This document shows positions 10,760-29,827 of a stretch of DNA of 64,000 nt, in pieces. The stretch lies in assembly GCA_038212275.1 (NCBI GenBank), contig JBBQUR010000018.1, forward strand, positions 32,001 through 96,000, in the 5' to 3' direction. Position numbers and translations under genes: made by a program. A model generated the notes under the pieces. That model was not told where the DNA came from. It did no database searches and saw only the letters and a program-made list of their open reading frames with translations. Within the stretch, counting starts at the first letter, position 1. The number at the start of each line of letters is the position of its first letter. The DNA comes from Planctomycetota bacterium (lineage in GTDB: Bacteria; Planctomycetota; B15-G4).

Positions 10760-11424
10760 GCGGCACCACCCTTCGCGGACGCACCCTGCAGGGCGGCGCG
10801 CTTCGACACGGTGAACCGGGACATGACGGCCGTCCAGGCATCATCCACCATCACGAGCTTGCGGTGAGCAAGCACCTGATGGGCGTTGAGGTCGCTCGCG
10901 CGCACGACCGAAACCTTCGGGATGTTGCGGAAGGACTTCCAGAGGTTGGAGTTGTCCGTCGGAAGCACCAGACAGACGGAACCATCGCACTCGAGAGCCT
11001 TGAGTGCGGAGGCGGCCAGCTTGGTCGACGGCTTGGTGAAGGCCGTGGAGGAAAGCGCGAGCACCTCGCTGTCCCGGAGCTTGCCGGAAAGCGCCGTACG
11101 CAGCGCCTCGCGCAATGCTTTGCGCGGCACCGAAAAGCCGAAGTCGCGCGGACGCGGGCCGAAGATGACGCCGCCGCCGCGCAGCAGCGGCGAGTTGCGA
11201 TCGCCGCGCCGGGCGTTGCCGGTGCCCTTCTGCTTGTAGGGCTTGTTCTCGGTGTAGTTGGTCTCGCCGCGCGTCTTGGTGCAGACGGTGCCCTGGCGCT
11301 TGTTGGCCTCGTACATGCGCACGACTTCGCGCAGCAGCCGGACCTTGACCTTGTCCCCGAGCGAGGCGCCATCCACGTTGGCCGTGGTGACCTTCCCGCC
11401 GTTCCAGTTCTTGACGGTGCTCAC
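10756..11424 (-). CDS. rplD: 50S ribosomal protein L4, GTG start
   Basis: KPYKQKGTGNAR, GGGVIFGPRPR. Confidence 0.97.
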   Translation of the reverse strand: MSTVKNWNGGKVTTANVDGASLGDKVKVRLLREVVRMYEANKRQGTVCTKTRGETNYTENKPYKQKGTGNARRGDRNSPLLRGGGVIFGPRPRDFGFSVPRKALREALRTALSGKLRDSEVLALSSTAFTKPSTKLAASALKALECDGSVCLVLPTDNSNLWKSFRNIPKVSVVRASDLNAHQVLAHRKLVMVDDAWTAVMSRFTVSKRAALQGASAKGGAA

Positions 11425-12062
11425 GAGTTGCCACCCTTCGGCTGACGCGTGCTGAGCCGGACGAGGACGACACTGCCGTTGTTTCCCGGCACCGCTCCCT
11501 TGACCAGCATCTGGTTGGTTTCCTTGTCCACCGCGACGACCGCGAGGTTCTTGATGGTCACCCGTTCGTTGCCCATCTTGTTGGCCATGCGCTTGCCCTT
11601 GAGCACGCGCCCGGGGTGCGTGTGCATGCCGATCGAGCCGGGCTTGCGGACGTTGTCGCTGCCGTGACCCGCCGGACCGCGGCTGAAGTGGTGCAGCTTG
11701 ATGGTGCCCTGAAAGCCCTTGCCCTTGCTCGTGCCGATCACGTCGACGTAGCTGCCGACGGCGAACAGCGTGCAGTCGAGGACCGAGCCAACGGCCTGCT
11801 CACCCGCCGGGCCGCGCACCTCGCGGAGCGTGCGACGCGCCTCGACGCCGGCCTTCGCGAACTGGCCCGCGAGCGGCTTGGTGAGGAGCTTCGGGCGGAT
11901 GGTGCCGAAGCCGAGCTGGACGGCTTCGTAACCGTCACGCTCCATGGTCTTCACGGCCATGACCGTGTTCGGACCGAGATCGATGACCGTGATCGGGACG
12001 CGATTGCCGTCCTCGACCCAAGTCTGCGTCATGCCGCGCTTCTTGCCGATCAGCGTGTTCAT
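11421..12062 (-). CDS. rplC: 50S ribosomal protein L3
   Basis: GKKRGMTQ, GTSKGKGFQG, KGAVPG. Confidence 0.97.
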   Translation of the reverse strand: MNTLIGKKRGMTQTWVEDGNRVPITVIDLGPNTVMAVKTMERDGYEAVQLGFGTIRPKLLTKPLAGQFAKAGVEARRTLREVRGPAGEQAVGSVLDCTLFAVGSYVDVIGTSKGKGFQGTIKLHHFSRGPAGHGSDNVRKPGSIGMHTHPGRVLKGKRMANKMGNERVTIKNLAVVAVDKETNQMLVKGAVPGNNGSVVLVRLSTRQPKGGNS

Positions 12063-12064
12063 CG

Positions 12065-12373
<309 letters not shown>

Positions 12374-12607
12374 GCTCGCTCGAATCAACCCGTGGCACGC
12401 CGGGCGTGGCCACTTGCTGCGGGACGGATGTCGCTCTCCGCCGCGACAACCGCGCCGAAGAGTTGCCGGCCTTGCCCCCGTTCCAGGGCAGGTCCGGTCA
12501 CCTCGAATGGGACCGGGAGGGCCCGACTTCCACTTTGACGTGGAGGTCTGGTCACCGGTCAGTCGGATCCCCGTGAGGGAATTCCCATTCAGGGTGAAAA
12601 GCGGGCG

Positions 12608-12635
12608 ATTCTAAGAAGCGCCGTCTCCGAGTCAA
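12608..12635 (-). promoter_or_regulatory. Putative sigma70 promoter of the S10 operon
   Basis: Minus strand TTGACT-N16-TAGAAT in the fusA-rpsJ gap. Confidence 0.6.
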
Positions 12636-12745
12636 AAAGAATCTTCGGGAAGTGCTGGATTCGAGACCCGGCAGCCGCCCGAAGGCCCCCCCGCTGCGGC
12701 GCCTCGGAGTTCGAGGACCGTGGGCGGCGGGCGACCGCCTTTCGC

Positions 12746-14800
12746 TCAGTTCAGCAGATCGCGGGCGATCCGGTCCGGCACGGGCTCGTAGGTGAGCGGT
12801 TCCACGGAAAACGTGGCCCGCCCCTGGCTGAGTGACCGCAGAGCGGTCGAGTAGCCGAAGATCTCCGACAGCGGGACGGAGCCCCGGACGATGGCCGGAT
12901 CGGCGTCGGTGACCAGCAGGCGCACCCGCGCCCGTCGGCCGTTGAGGTCGGCGTTCACTCCGGGCAGGAACTCCAGCGGGCACCGGATCTCGAAGTCCAT
13001 CACGGGCTCGAGCAGGACGGGCTGGGCGGCCGCGAGAGCCTGCTCGAAAGCCAGGTGTGCCGCATGCGCAAAGGCCGTGTCGTTGCTCCCTTGCTCGCGC
13101 ATGACGCCGCCGAGCAGCGTGACCCGGACTCCGGTGAGCGGGTAGCCGATCGCTCCGCCGCCGGCAACGGCGCTCTTGACGCTCGATTCGATCGCCGCGT
13201 GGAACTGCAGCGGCACCTGCTCCTTGTTCATCTGGTTCACGACGACGAAGGGCACCGCAGACGGGTCGGGCTCGATGCGCAGGCGAACGCCGGCATACAT
13301 GCTGCGCGTGGGCAGCACCTTGTCGAAAATCGCTTCGCCCTCCGCCGCCTGGCGGATCGTCTGGCGGTACGCGACGCGCGGCTCGCCCACGCGGATCTGC
13401 ATCTTGAAGTCGCGCTCGATGCGGTGTCGCAGGATCTCCAGGTGCAGCTCGCCGACACCAGAGATGAGCATTTCACCCGTTTCCGCGTGGTGCGACCACG
13501 TGAACGTCGGATCGTCGCGCGACAACAGCCCGAGCACGTTCACGAGCGCGTCTTTGTCCTTCACGCTCCACGGCTCGATGGACATCGAGATCACCGGCTC
13601 CGGGAAGTGCATGCCCTCCAGCACCACGGGCCGGGACTTCTCGCACAGCGTGTCACCCGTCGCAGAGACCTTGAGGCCCACGACGCCGACAATGTCGCCG
13701 GCTTCCGCGCGCTCGACCGCTTCCTTGTCGTCGGCGTGCATCACGTAGAGCCGGTTGACGCGCTCGGTCTTGTCCGTGCGCGGGTTCCACACCTGATCCG
13801 ACAGCTTGAGCGTCCCGGAATAGAGGCGCACGAAAGCCAGGTCGCCCTTGCTGTCCCACAGCGTCTTGAAGATGAGCGCGCAGAGCGGCCCCTTGGGATC
13901 GGGCGGCACCTCCACCGGCGCCTCGTCGTGCGGATGCAGGCCGCGCGCCGGCGCCGCCTCGGTCGGTGCGGGCAGGAAGGCCGCGACGGCATCGAGCAGC
14001 GGCTGGACGCCGATGTTGCGGAAGGCGGAGCCGCACAGGACGGGTGCGAAACTCGAAGCGAGCGTGCCCGCCTTGATCGCCGCCAGGACGGCCGGCAGCG
14101 GCGCCTGCTCCTCGTGCTGCAGGTAGACCTCGGTGAAGCTGTCCACCTCGTCGGCAAGCGTCTCGAGCAGCGTGTGCCGCGCGAGCTGCGCTTCTTCCAG
14201 CAGTTCTTCGGGAATGTCGCTCTCGATGATGTCCTTGCCGAGGCTCTCTTCGGTGAAGCGAAGCGCCTTCATCCGCAGCAGGTCGATGACGCCGCAGAAG
14301 GACTTCTCGGCGCCCCACGGGAGCTGCAGCGGCAGCATCCTCCGCTGCAGACGCTCGCCGGCATCCGCGACCACGCGATCGAAGTCGGCGCCGGTGCGGT
14401 CGAGCTTGTTCACGAACACGAGGCGCGGCACGGCGTACTTGTCGGCCTGATGCCAGACGGTTTCGCTCTGGGCCTGCACGCCTGCCACGCCGCAGAGCAC
14501 CACCACGGCGCCGTCGAGCACGCGCAGGCTTCGCTCCACCTCCACGCCGAAGTCCACGTGCCCGGGCGTATCGATCACGTTGATGCGGTGACCCTTCCAC
14601 GCGCAACTCGTCGCGGCCGACGTGATCGTGATGCCGCGCTCCCGTTCCTCGGGCAGGTAGTCCATCCGGGCTGTGCCCTCGTGAACCTCGCCGAGGCGAT
14701 GACCGCGTTCCGTGTAGAACAGGATGCGCTCGGTCAGCGTGGTCTTGCCCGCATCGATGTGGGCGATGATGCCGATGTTCCGGATGAGCGAGCGCTTCAT
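12746..14800 (-). CDS. fusA: Elongation factor G family GTPase with divergent domain IV
   Basis: [39 protein letters not shown]; downstream of rpsL-rpsG. Confidence 0.93.
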   Translation of the reverse strand: MKRSLIRNIGIIAHIDAGKTTLTERILFYTERGHRLGEVHEGTARMDYLPEERERGITITSAATSCAWKGHRINVIDTPGHVDFGVEVERSLRVLDGAVVVLCGVAGVQAQSETVWHQADKYAVPRLVFVNKLDRTGADFDRVVADAGERLQRRMLPLQLPWGAEKSFCGVIDLLRMKALRFTEESLGKDIIESDIPEELLEEAQLARHTLLETLADEVDSFTEVYLQHEEQAPLPAVLAAIKAGTLASSFAPVLCGSAFRNIGVQPLLDAVAAFLPAPTEAAPARGLHPHDEAPVEVPPDPKGPLCALIFKTLWDSKGDLAFVRLYSGTLKLSDQVWNPRTDKTERVNRLYVMHADDKEAVERAEAGDIVGVVGLKVSATGDTLCEKSRPVVLEGMHFPEPVISMSIEPWSVKDKDALVNVLGLLSRDDPTFTWSHHAETGEMLISGVGELHLEILRHRIERDFKMQIRVGEPRVAYRQTIRQAAEGEAIFDKVLPTRSMYAGVRLRIEPDPSAVPFVVVNQMNKEQVPLQFHAAIESSVKSAVAGGGAIGYPLTGVRVTLLGGVMREQGSNDTAFAHAAHLAFEQALAAAQPVLLEPVMDFEIRCPLEFLPGVNADLNGRRARVRLLVTDADPAIVRGSVPLSEIFGYSTALRSLSQGRATFSVEPLTYEPVPDRIARDLLN

Positions 14801-14801
14801 C

Positions 14802-14846
14802 GCGATGTCCTTCCGGGCGATGTCCTTCCGGGCGATGTCCTTCCGG
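14802..14846 (-). repeat. Perfect 3x15-bp tandem repeat (CCGGAAGGACATCGC) ending 1 nt before the fusA ATG
   Basis: Plus strand gcgatgtccttccgg at 14802, 14817 and 14832. Confidence 0.97.
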
Positions 14847-15103
14847 CGAACGTCGGCGGTGCGCGACGCCGGGTGCAACGCATGGCAACCGGCGCCAGCC
14901 GTCGGCCCCACCGACACGATCGGGACGCCCGAGTGCCGCAGATGCGAGTCACCCAGGCACCGGTCTCGCAGGCACAGGCTTCGCGAGCGAGGGGGCTGCG
15001 CGCGGGGACGGCGTGCAGCGCGACGGCTGCTCTCAGCGCCCCGGCCGGCACCGGGCGCCGCGCGGAATGCCCGCAGCGCTGGATGTCGGCCATGAGTGAA
15101 CGA

Positions 15104-15577
15104 CTACCACGCGAAGTGGGCGTAGGCCTTGTTGGCCTCAGCCATCTTGTGCGTGTTCTCCTTCGTCGTGAAGGCAACGCCCTGCTGATTGAACGCGTCG
15201 TACAACTCCTCGGCCAGACGCCTGCCCATCGGCTTGCCCTTCTTCTTGCGGGCTGCCGAGATGATCCAGCGGATGGCCAGCGCCTGCTGGCGCTCGCGTT
15301 TGATCTCGTGCGGTACCTGCAGCGTGGCGCCGCCGACGCGCTTGCTGCGCACCTCGACGACCGGCTTCACGTTGTTGAGCGCCGTGCTGAACACCTCGAG
15401 CGGGTCCTGGTCCGGCACCTTGGTCGCGAGGCTGTCGATGGCGGTGTAGAACACGCCACGCGCAGCAGTCTTGCGGCCCTGGTGCATGAGGCAGTTGATG
15501 AACTTGCTCGCCAGCTTGCTCTGGTAGCGCGAGTCGGGCTCAAGGAAGCGTGCGGTGGATTTGAACTTGCGGGGCAT
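15104..15577 (-). CDS. rpsG: 30S ribosomal protein S7
   Basis: EVRSKRVGGATLQVP, HKMAEANKAYAHFAW. Confidence 0.98.
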   Translation of the reverse strand: MPRKFKSTARFLEPDSRYQSKLASKFINCLMHQGRKTAARGVFYTAIDSLATKVPDQDPLEVFSTALNNVKPVVEVRSKRVGGATLQVPHEIKRERQQALAIRWIISAARKKKGKPMGRRLAEELYDAFNQQGVAFTTKENTHKMAEANKAYAHFAW

Positions 15578-15613
15578 GCGTGGGTTTCTCTGCAGCGCGG
15601 GAAGCGCGAGGGA

Positions 15614-15988
15614 TCAGGTCTTCGGGCGCTTGGTGCCGTACTTGCTGCGGCTCTGCTTGCGATCCGCGGTCGACGCCGCGTCCATGGTGCCGCGAATGAT
15701 GTGGTAGCGAACGCCGGGGAGATCGCGCACGCGACCGCCGCGGATCAGCACGATCGCGTGCTCCTGCAGCGTGTGCTTCTCGCCCGGAATGTAGGCGGTG
15801 ATCTCCTTGCCGTTGCTCAGCTTGACGCGCGCGATTTTCCGCAGCGCGGAGTTCGGCTTCTTCGGCGTCTGGATCTTGACCTGCAGGCACACGCCGCGCT
15901 TGAACGGGCACTTGTCCAGCACGGGCGACTTGGACCGATTGGGAAGCTTGGAGCGACCCTTGCGGACGAGTTGGTTGATGGTGGGCAT
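15614..15988 (-). CDS. rpsL: 30S ribosomal protein S12
   Basis: [32 protein letters not shown]. Confidence 0.99.
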   Translation of the reverse strand: MPTINQLVRKGRSKLPNRSKSPVLDKCPFKRGVCLQVKIQTPKKPNSALRKIARVKLSNGKEITAYIPGEKHTLQEHAIVLIRGGRVRDLPGVRYHIIRGTMDAASTADRKQSRSKYGTKRPKT

Positions 15989-16027
15989 GAGAAGTCAGGC
16001 ATCCCGGACGCGGAAAACGAGCCACAC

Positions 16028-16056
16028 ATTCGATCAATCGAGCCCTCGCCGGTCAA
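16028..16056 (-). promoter_or_regulatory. Possible promoter of the str operon
   Basis: Minus strand TTGACC-N17-TCGAAT with TGn extension; weak -10. Confidence 0.35.
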
Positions 16057-16166
16057 GGCTGAGGGCTGCATTTCGGCGCGGACAGGCCTGTGGTCGGGCC
16101 CTGACTGACGCCCGTGGATGGCGGCAGGGCTCACCCTGCCCGCCCCCACGCTTCATGTTCCTGTCT

Positions 16167-20291
<4,125 letters not shown>

Positions 20292-20331
20292 GTGAGTGTT
20301 CCCCGTGGAAGTCGCGTGATCTGACCCGAGG

Positions 20332-24012
<3,681 letters not shown>

Positions 24013-24128
24013 GGGCGGTCCCTGAGCGGAGGAAGGGGTCGCGGATCAGCGGAGACGCAACGGAACGCGGATCGCACCTGTGAGGAGCGTCCGCGAGTCC
24101 GTTGCGGTGAGAAGAGCCGGGGAGGTGA

Positions 24129-24536
24129 TTACTTGACCTCGACGGTCCCGCCGTTCTCCTCGAGCTCCTTCTTGATCTTCTCGGCCTCGTCCTTGGTGAC
24201 GCCTTCCTTGACCGCCTTCGGGGCGGCCTCGACGAGATCCTTGGCCTCCTTGAGACCGAGGCCCGTGATGGCGCGAACGGCCTTGATCACCTGAATCTTC
24301 TTGTCGCCCGAGCCCGTGAGCATGACCGTGAAGCTGGTCTTCTCCTCGGCCGCGGCAGCGCCGCCCGCCGCCGGAGCAGCGGCCATCATCATTCCACCAC
24401 CCGCGGCCGGCTCGATGCCGTGCACGTTCTTGAGGTAGTCGGAAAGCTGCTGGGCATCGAGCAGCGTCAAGCCGACGATCGAGTCGCCGAGCGTCTTGAT
24501 GCTGGCCTTGTATTCCATGGTGGCTGCGTCGGACAT
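24129..24536 (-). CDS. rplL: 50S ribosomal protein L7/L12
   Basis: [32 protein letters not shown]. Confidence 0.97.
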   Translation of the reverse strand: MSDAATMEYKASIKTLGDSIVGLTLLDAQQLSDYLKNVHGIEPAAGGGMMMAAAPAAGGAAAAEEKTSFTVMLTGSGDKKIQVIKAVRAITGLGLKEAKDLVEAAPKAVKEGVTKDEAEKIKKELEENGGTVEVK

Positions 24537-24601
24537 GTCTGATTCTCTCCTTGAAGAGGCCGTCTGGGCCTCGCGCGCTTGAAAAGGGTTGAAGTGTCGG
24601 A

Positions 24602-25159
24602 TCAGGCCGAAGGGGCCTGAGTTTCCAGGTTCGTGACGTGTGTCTTGATCGCTCCGGCAATGCGGCTGCCGGCGGCGCGGATCTGGCTGTTCAGTCGGGC
24701 GCCCGGCGCCATGATCTGGGCAACGATGCGACCCTGGACCTCGCGCTTGCTCGGCATCTTGTCCAGGCGCTTGGCCTCGGCCGGCGACAGCACGACGCCG
24801 TCGAGCACGCCGCCCTTGATCACGGGCAGCTCGGCGCTCTTCTCCTTGCGCCATGCGGAGACGACCTTGCTGGCGGCAATCGCCACGCAGTCCACCGACT
24901 TGCCGGTCTCACCGACGATGATCGCGGCCGGACCGTCGAAAAAGCCTTCCGTGGCGGCATAGCCGCGCGCGGCCAAGACCCGCTTCGCCAGCGCGCCCTT
25001 CAGCACCTGCATGCGCAGGTTGCTCTCGGCGAGCTGCCGACGGAACTTGCCGTCGTCCTGCACGGACATGCCGAGCGGCTGGATGAAGAGAGCGTCGAGC
25101 TTGTCGCCGAGCAGCGACTCGTACTCGGCATTGATGGCGACATTCAGTGTGTTCGGCAT
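24602..25159 (-). CDS. rplJ: 50S ribosomal protein L10
   Basis: Lies between rplA and rpl[20 protein letters not shown]. Confidence 0.9.
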   Translation of the reverse strand: MPNTLNVAINAEYESLLGDKLDALFIQPLGMSVQDDGKFRRQLAESNLRMQVLKGALAKRVLAARGYAATEGFFDGPAAIIVGETGKSVDCVAIAASKVVSAWRKEKSAELPVIKGGVLDGVVLSPAEAKRLDKMPSKREVQGRIVAQIMAPGARLNSQIRAAGSRIAGAIKTHVTNLETQAPSA

Positions 25160-25181
25160 GGGATCTCTCCGTGGCGGCCGG

Positions 25182-25871
25182 TCAGGCCGCCGGCTCCACC
25201 AGCACGCCCGGGCCCATGGTGTTGGCGAGCGATACCTTCTGGATGAACTGTCCACGAGCCGACGCCGGTCGCAGCGCGTTGACCGCGCCGAGGAAGGCCC
25301 GGATGTTTTCGACGAGGTTCACGTCGTCGAAGGATTTCTTGCCGACAGGCGCGTGCACGGTGCCGGCAGCGTCAGCGCGGAACTCGATCTTTCCGGCGCG
25401 AAACTCCCGGACGGCCTTCTCGACGTCCGCCGTGACCGTGCCGGACTTCGGCGTCGGCATCTTGCCCTGGGGACCGAGCACCTTTCCGAGCTTGCCCACG
25501 CCACCCATCATGTCGGGCGCCGCGATGGCCACGTCGAACTCGGTCCAGCCGTCGCTGACCTTCTTGACGAGTTCGTCGGCGCCGACTTCGACGGCGCCGG
25601 CCTTGCGCGCGGCCTCCTGCTTGGCTGGATCCTTCACGAAGGCGATGACCCGGAGCGTGCGGCCGGTGCCGTGCGGCAGCGAGACCGCGCCTCGCACAGT
25701 CTGCTCGGTCTTCTTGGAGTCAATGCCGAGATTGACCGCGATATTCACGGTCTCGTCGAACTTCGGACCCTTGGCCTGCTTGAGGAGCTTGATGCCGTCC
25801 TCAAGGCTGTAGACCTTGCCGATCGTGACCAGCTTGCCGTTCGCGAGCACGCGCTTGCCTGTGGTGACCAT
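25182..25871 (-). CDS. rplA: 50S ribosomal protein L1
   Basis: KFDETV, LPHGTG, LGPQGKMPTPKSGTVT, TMGPG. Confidence 0.98.
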   Translation of the reverse strand: MVTTGKRVLANGKLVTIGKVYSLEDGIKLLKQAKGPKFDETVNIAVNLGIDSKKTEQTVRGAVSLPHGTGRTLRVIAFVKDPAKQEAARKAGAVEVGADELVKKVSDGWTEFDVAIAAPDMMGGVGKLGKVLGPQGKMPTPKSGTVTADVEKAVREFRAGKIEFRADAAGTVHAPVGKKSFDDVNLVENIRAFLGAVNALRPASARGQFIQKVSLANTMGPGVLVEPAA

Positions 25872-25930
25872 GCTTGACTTCTTCCTTCAATCCCGGCCCG
25901 TCGGACCGACTCGATCTGTTCGCCTTCGAC

Positions 25931-26356
25931 TTAGCCTTCGACCCGAATGCCCATGGACCGTGCGGTGCCGGCCACCATGCGGGCCGCCGCATCCACGTCG
26001 CGCGCGTTCAAGTCGCGCATCTTGATCTGCGCGATCTCGCGCACCTGCGCACCCTTCACGGTGCCCACGTTCTCGCTCGCGGCAGCGCCCTTCACCACGC
26101 CGGCAGCCCGCTTCAGCAGGACAGACGCCGGGGGCGTCTTCATGATGAAGGTGTAGCTGCGGTCGGTGTAGATCGTGATCTCGACCGGGATGATGAGGCC
26201 CATCTGGTCGCGCGTGGCGTCGTTGTATTCCTTGACGAACTGCCCGATGTTCACGCCGTGCTGGCCGAGCGCAGGGCCCACCGGGGGCGCAGGCGTGGCC
26301 TGGCCTGCAGGCATCTGCAGCTTGACGAGTGCCTTGATTTCTTTCTTGGGTGCCAT
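25931..26356 (-). CDS. rplK: 50S ribosomal protein L11
   Basis: [26 protein letters not shown]. Confidence 0.98.
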   Translation of the reverse strand: MAPKKEIKALVKLQMPAGQATPAPPVGPALGQHGVNIGQFVKEYNDATRDQMGLIIPVEITIYTDRSYTFIMKTPPASVLLKRAAGVVKGAAASENVGTVKGAQVREIAQIKMRDLNARDVDAAARMVAGTARSMGIRVEG

Positions 26357-26378
26357 CTTTGTTGCTCCGCGGCTCTCG

Positions 26379-26945
26379 TCAGGTCGACTCGACCTGCCAG
26401 TATTCCAACTCCACCGGGGTCTCTCGGCCGAAGATCGTGACGATCACCCGCACGAGACCCTTGGCGTCGTTCACTTCGTCGACGACACCGTTGTATGACT
26501 CGAAGGGTCCTTCGTTGATCTTGACCCTGTCGCCGACCTTGAAGTTGATGCGCAGCGCGGGACGCTCGTCCGTCTTGCGCATGCCCACGAGGATGCGATC
26601 GACTTCGTGCGCGTCCATTGCGACCGGCGTGCGATCCGAACCGACAAAGTCGCCGATTCCCGCGGTCTCGCGGATCACGAACCAGACGGCTTCGGGGATC
26701 TTCCCCTCCTCGTCGAGGTGCATCTCCACCATCAGGTAGCCGGGGTACAGCTTGCGCTGGATGACCTTCTTCTTGCCGCCCTTGATCTCGGAGACGGACT
26801 CGGTCGGCACCAGGACGTTGGGAACGAGGCCTTCGAGGCCCTCGTTCTTGAGGCGCTGGACGAGCTTCTCGCGCATGCGGTTCTCGAGATTGCTCGGAAC
26901 CCGCAGGACGAACCAGCGTGACGGCGTGACGGCGTGGCTTTCCAT
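26379..26945 (-). CDS. nusG: Transcription termination/antitermination factor NusG
   Basis: [14 protein letters not shown] motif [23 protein letters not shown]. Confidence 0.97.
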   Translation of the reverse strand: MESHAVTPSRWFVLRVPSNLENRMREKLVQRLKNEGLEGLVPNVLVPTESVSEIKGGKKKVIQRKLYPGYLMVEMHLDEEGKIPEAVWFVIRETAGIGDFVGSDRTPVAMDAHEVDRILVGMRKTDERPALRINFKVGDRVKINEGPFESYNGVVDEVNDAKGLVRVIVTIFGRETPVELEYWQVEST

Positions 26946-27388
26946 CAGAACACGTACTTCACCATGACCTCGTTCAGCAACCAGTCCATGCCGGCGAGAA
27001 TGACGGTGAAGAACACCATCACGCCGAGGATCACAAGCGATGACTTCCACGTCTCATCGAAGGTCGGCCAAGTGCACTTGCGCATCTCGGTCTCGCACTC
27101 GATGAGCATGTCCGCGACCTTGGGCTTGTTGTGGAACCACAACAGCACCCAGAGGACGGCGCCGGCCACCAGCAGCGCGATGAGCAGCGCCGGCGTGATC
27201 GGCAGGCCCAGCACGGGCACCGGGCCGCCCGACAGATCGCTCACGAGCATGCCCGGGTTGCTCTCGTCCCCGCGGAACGAGATCAGGTAGTAGTACAGCG
27301 TGTGGCAACCAAACGCCCCGAGCGCCGCCAGCAGCAAGAAGCTGGACGTGCGGGCGTAGGTGCCTTGATCAGCCTTGTACTTCACCAT
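26945..27388 (-). CDS. secE: Preprotein translocase SecE (multi-TM form)
   Basis: EMRKCTWPT motif followed by a TM helix; between tRNA-Trp and nusG. Confidence 0.93.
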   Translation of the reverse strand: MVKYKADQGTYARTSSFLLLAALGAFGCHTLYYYLISFRGDESNPGMLVSDLSGGPVPVLGLPITPALLIALLVAGAVLWVLLWFHNKPKVADMLIECETEMRKCTWPTFDETWKSSLVILGVMVFFTVILAGMDWLLNEVMVKYVF

Positions 27389-27479
27389 CGCGGTCGATCT
27401 GGTTTCGGTGAACGGGACTTGTTGTTCGCGGCTCGTGACCTGCCGGATCGTCGCGCGCGCGAAACGTCCGGTTTCGGTT

Positions 27480-27556
27480 TGGCAGGCCAGGGGGGATTCG
27501 AACCCACAACCCTCGGTTTTGGAGACCGATGCTCTACCAGTTGGAGCTACTGGCCT
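27480..27556 (-). tRNA. tRNA-Trp (CCA)
   Basis: AGGCCAG acceptor stem, anticodon loop CTCCAAA, GTTCGAAT T-loop, encoded CCA end. Confidence 0.97.
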
Positions 27557-27574
27557 TGCATGCGTGCGGAGTCG

Positions 27575-27739
27575 TTACTTCTTCTTTTCCTTGTGCATGG
27601 TGTGCTTGCGCAACCGGGGGCAGTACTTCATCAACTCCAGCTTCCACTGCGCCTTTGCAGGCTTGCGGAGCGTGTAGTTGCGGTCCCCGGTCTCCGTGCA
27701 CTCGAGGAAGACAACGATGCTGCTTTTGCCCTTGGCCAT
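27575..27739 (-). CDS. rpmG: 50S ribosomal protein L33
   Basis: Not in ORF track; [54 protein letters not shown]. Confidence 0.95.
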   Translation of the reverse strand: MAKGKSSIVVFLECTETGDRNYTLRKPAKAQWKLELMKYCPRLRKHTMHKEKKK

Positions 27740-27745
27740 GACTGA

Positions 27746-28945
<1,200 letters not shown>

Positions 28946-29107
28946 GTGGCCTACTTCTCCTTCAGCCCTGCGCGCACCGGCCGGTGCACGAGGTGTGGTC
29001 TGGACTGTCTGGGTTGAATCTTTCGTGTCCACGACGGCCGTCGGGCCGAAGGGCGCTCAGTAAGTTCGTGCTGATTGTTCGTCGGTACGTCGTGCGTGGC
29101 TGGCCGC

Positions 29108-29182
29108 TGGAGCTGCTGATGGGATTCGAACCCATGACCTCGTCCTTACCAAGGACGTGCTCTACCCCTGAGCCACAGCAGC
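29108..29182 (-). tRNA. tRNA-Thr (GGT)
   Basis: GCTGCTG stem, loop TTGGTAA, encoded CCA. Confidence 0.97.
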
Positions 29183-29221
29183 CCGTGTGTATCTGTCCTG
29201 ACTCGCGGCTGCCATCACCGC

Positions 29222-29295
29222 TGGAGCGGGTGATGGGAATCGAACCCACGTGACCAGCTTGGAAGGCTGGCGCTCTACCATTGAGCTACACCCGC
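29222..29295 (-). tRNA. tRNA-Gly (TCC)
   Basis: GCGGGTG stem, loop CTTCCAA, encoded CCA. Confidence 0.97.
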
Positions 29296-29414
29296 GTGTC
29301 CGGGGCCGTCCGTCGCTCGCTCCGTAGTGTCCGACCTCCTCGTCCTGGCCTGCTGTGCTTTGATGCTGATGTTCGGTCTGCGCGGGTCGCGCGTCGCGCG
29401 CGTTGCCGGCCGTA

Positions 29415-29499
29415 TGGTGGGTGGAGCAGGATTCGAACCTGCGTAGGCGAAGCCAACGGGTTTACAGCCCGTCCCCTTTAGCCACTCGGGCATCCACCC
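29415..29499 (-). tRNA. tRNA-Tyr (GTA)
   Basis: GGGTGGA stem, loop CTGTAAA, long variable arm, encoded CCA. Confidence 0.97.
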
Positions 29500-29663
29500 C
29501 GGTCTTGGGTGCTCTCAGGGTTGCTGCTGCTGATGATCCGTAGCGTTCGGCTCCTGCTGCACTGCCTGTCCCGGACAGCCTTCACCGCCCTGCGCCTCAT
29601 CGGTTGCGAGTTCTGCGCACCCTCTTGCCAGACTGCAGCTCCGTGTGCCGCATCGCAGCTGCC

Positions 29664-29739
29664 TGGAGCTAGCGATGGGACTCGAACCCACAACCTCCGG
29701 TTTACAAAACCGGAGCTCTGCCAATTGAGCTACGCCAGC
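29664..29739 (-). tRNA. tRNA-Thr (TGT)
   Basis: GCTGGCG stem, loop TTTGTAA, encoded CCA. Confidence 0.97.
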
Positions 29740-29790
29740 GCTCTCGCTATCCGCGCAGGGAAGGATTTTGACCTTCCGAGAAAAGGGGGG

Positions 29791-29819
29791 ATCGTAGCGA
29801 TGCCCGAGGGGTGCGTCAA
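29791..29819 (-). promoter_or_regulatory. sigma70 promoter of the tRNA-tuf operon
   Basis: Minus strand TTGACG-N17-TACGAT about 50 nt upstream of tRNA-Thr. Confidence 0.75.
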
Positions 29820-29827
29820 CCACCGCT

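Noticed and set aside
12374..12600. S10 leader as a specific regulatory RNA
   Set aside because: Plausible by position, but no structure could be supported by eye; needs an Infernal/Rfam search
14802..14846. Repeat as a mini-CRISPR
   Set aside because: Units are contiguous with no spacers and there are no cas genes
28946..29032. N-terminal extensions offered by the ORF track (tuf, and likewise rpsM, rplC, rplL, aroC and several GTs)
   Set aside because: Homology starts at downstream start codons with SD motifs or stop/start coupling
29500..29663. Long spacer between tRNA-Thr and tRNA-Tyr as a hidden ncRNA or tRNA remnant
   Set aside because: No T-loop, cloverleaf or other recognisable motif
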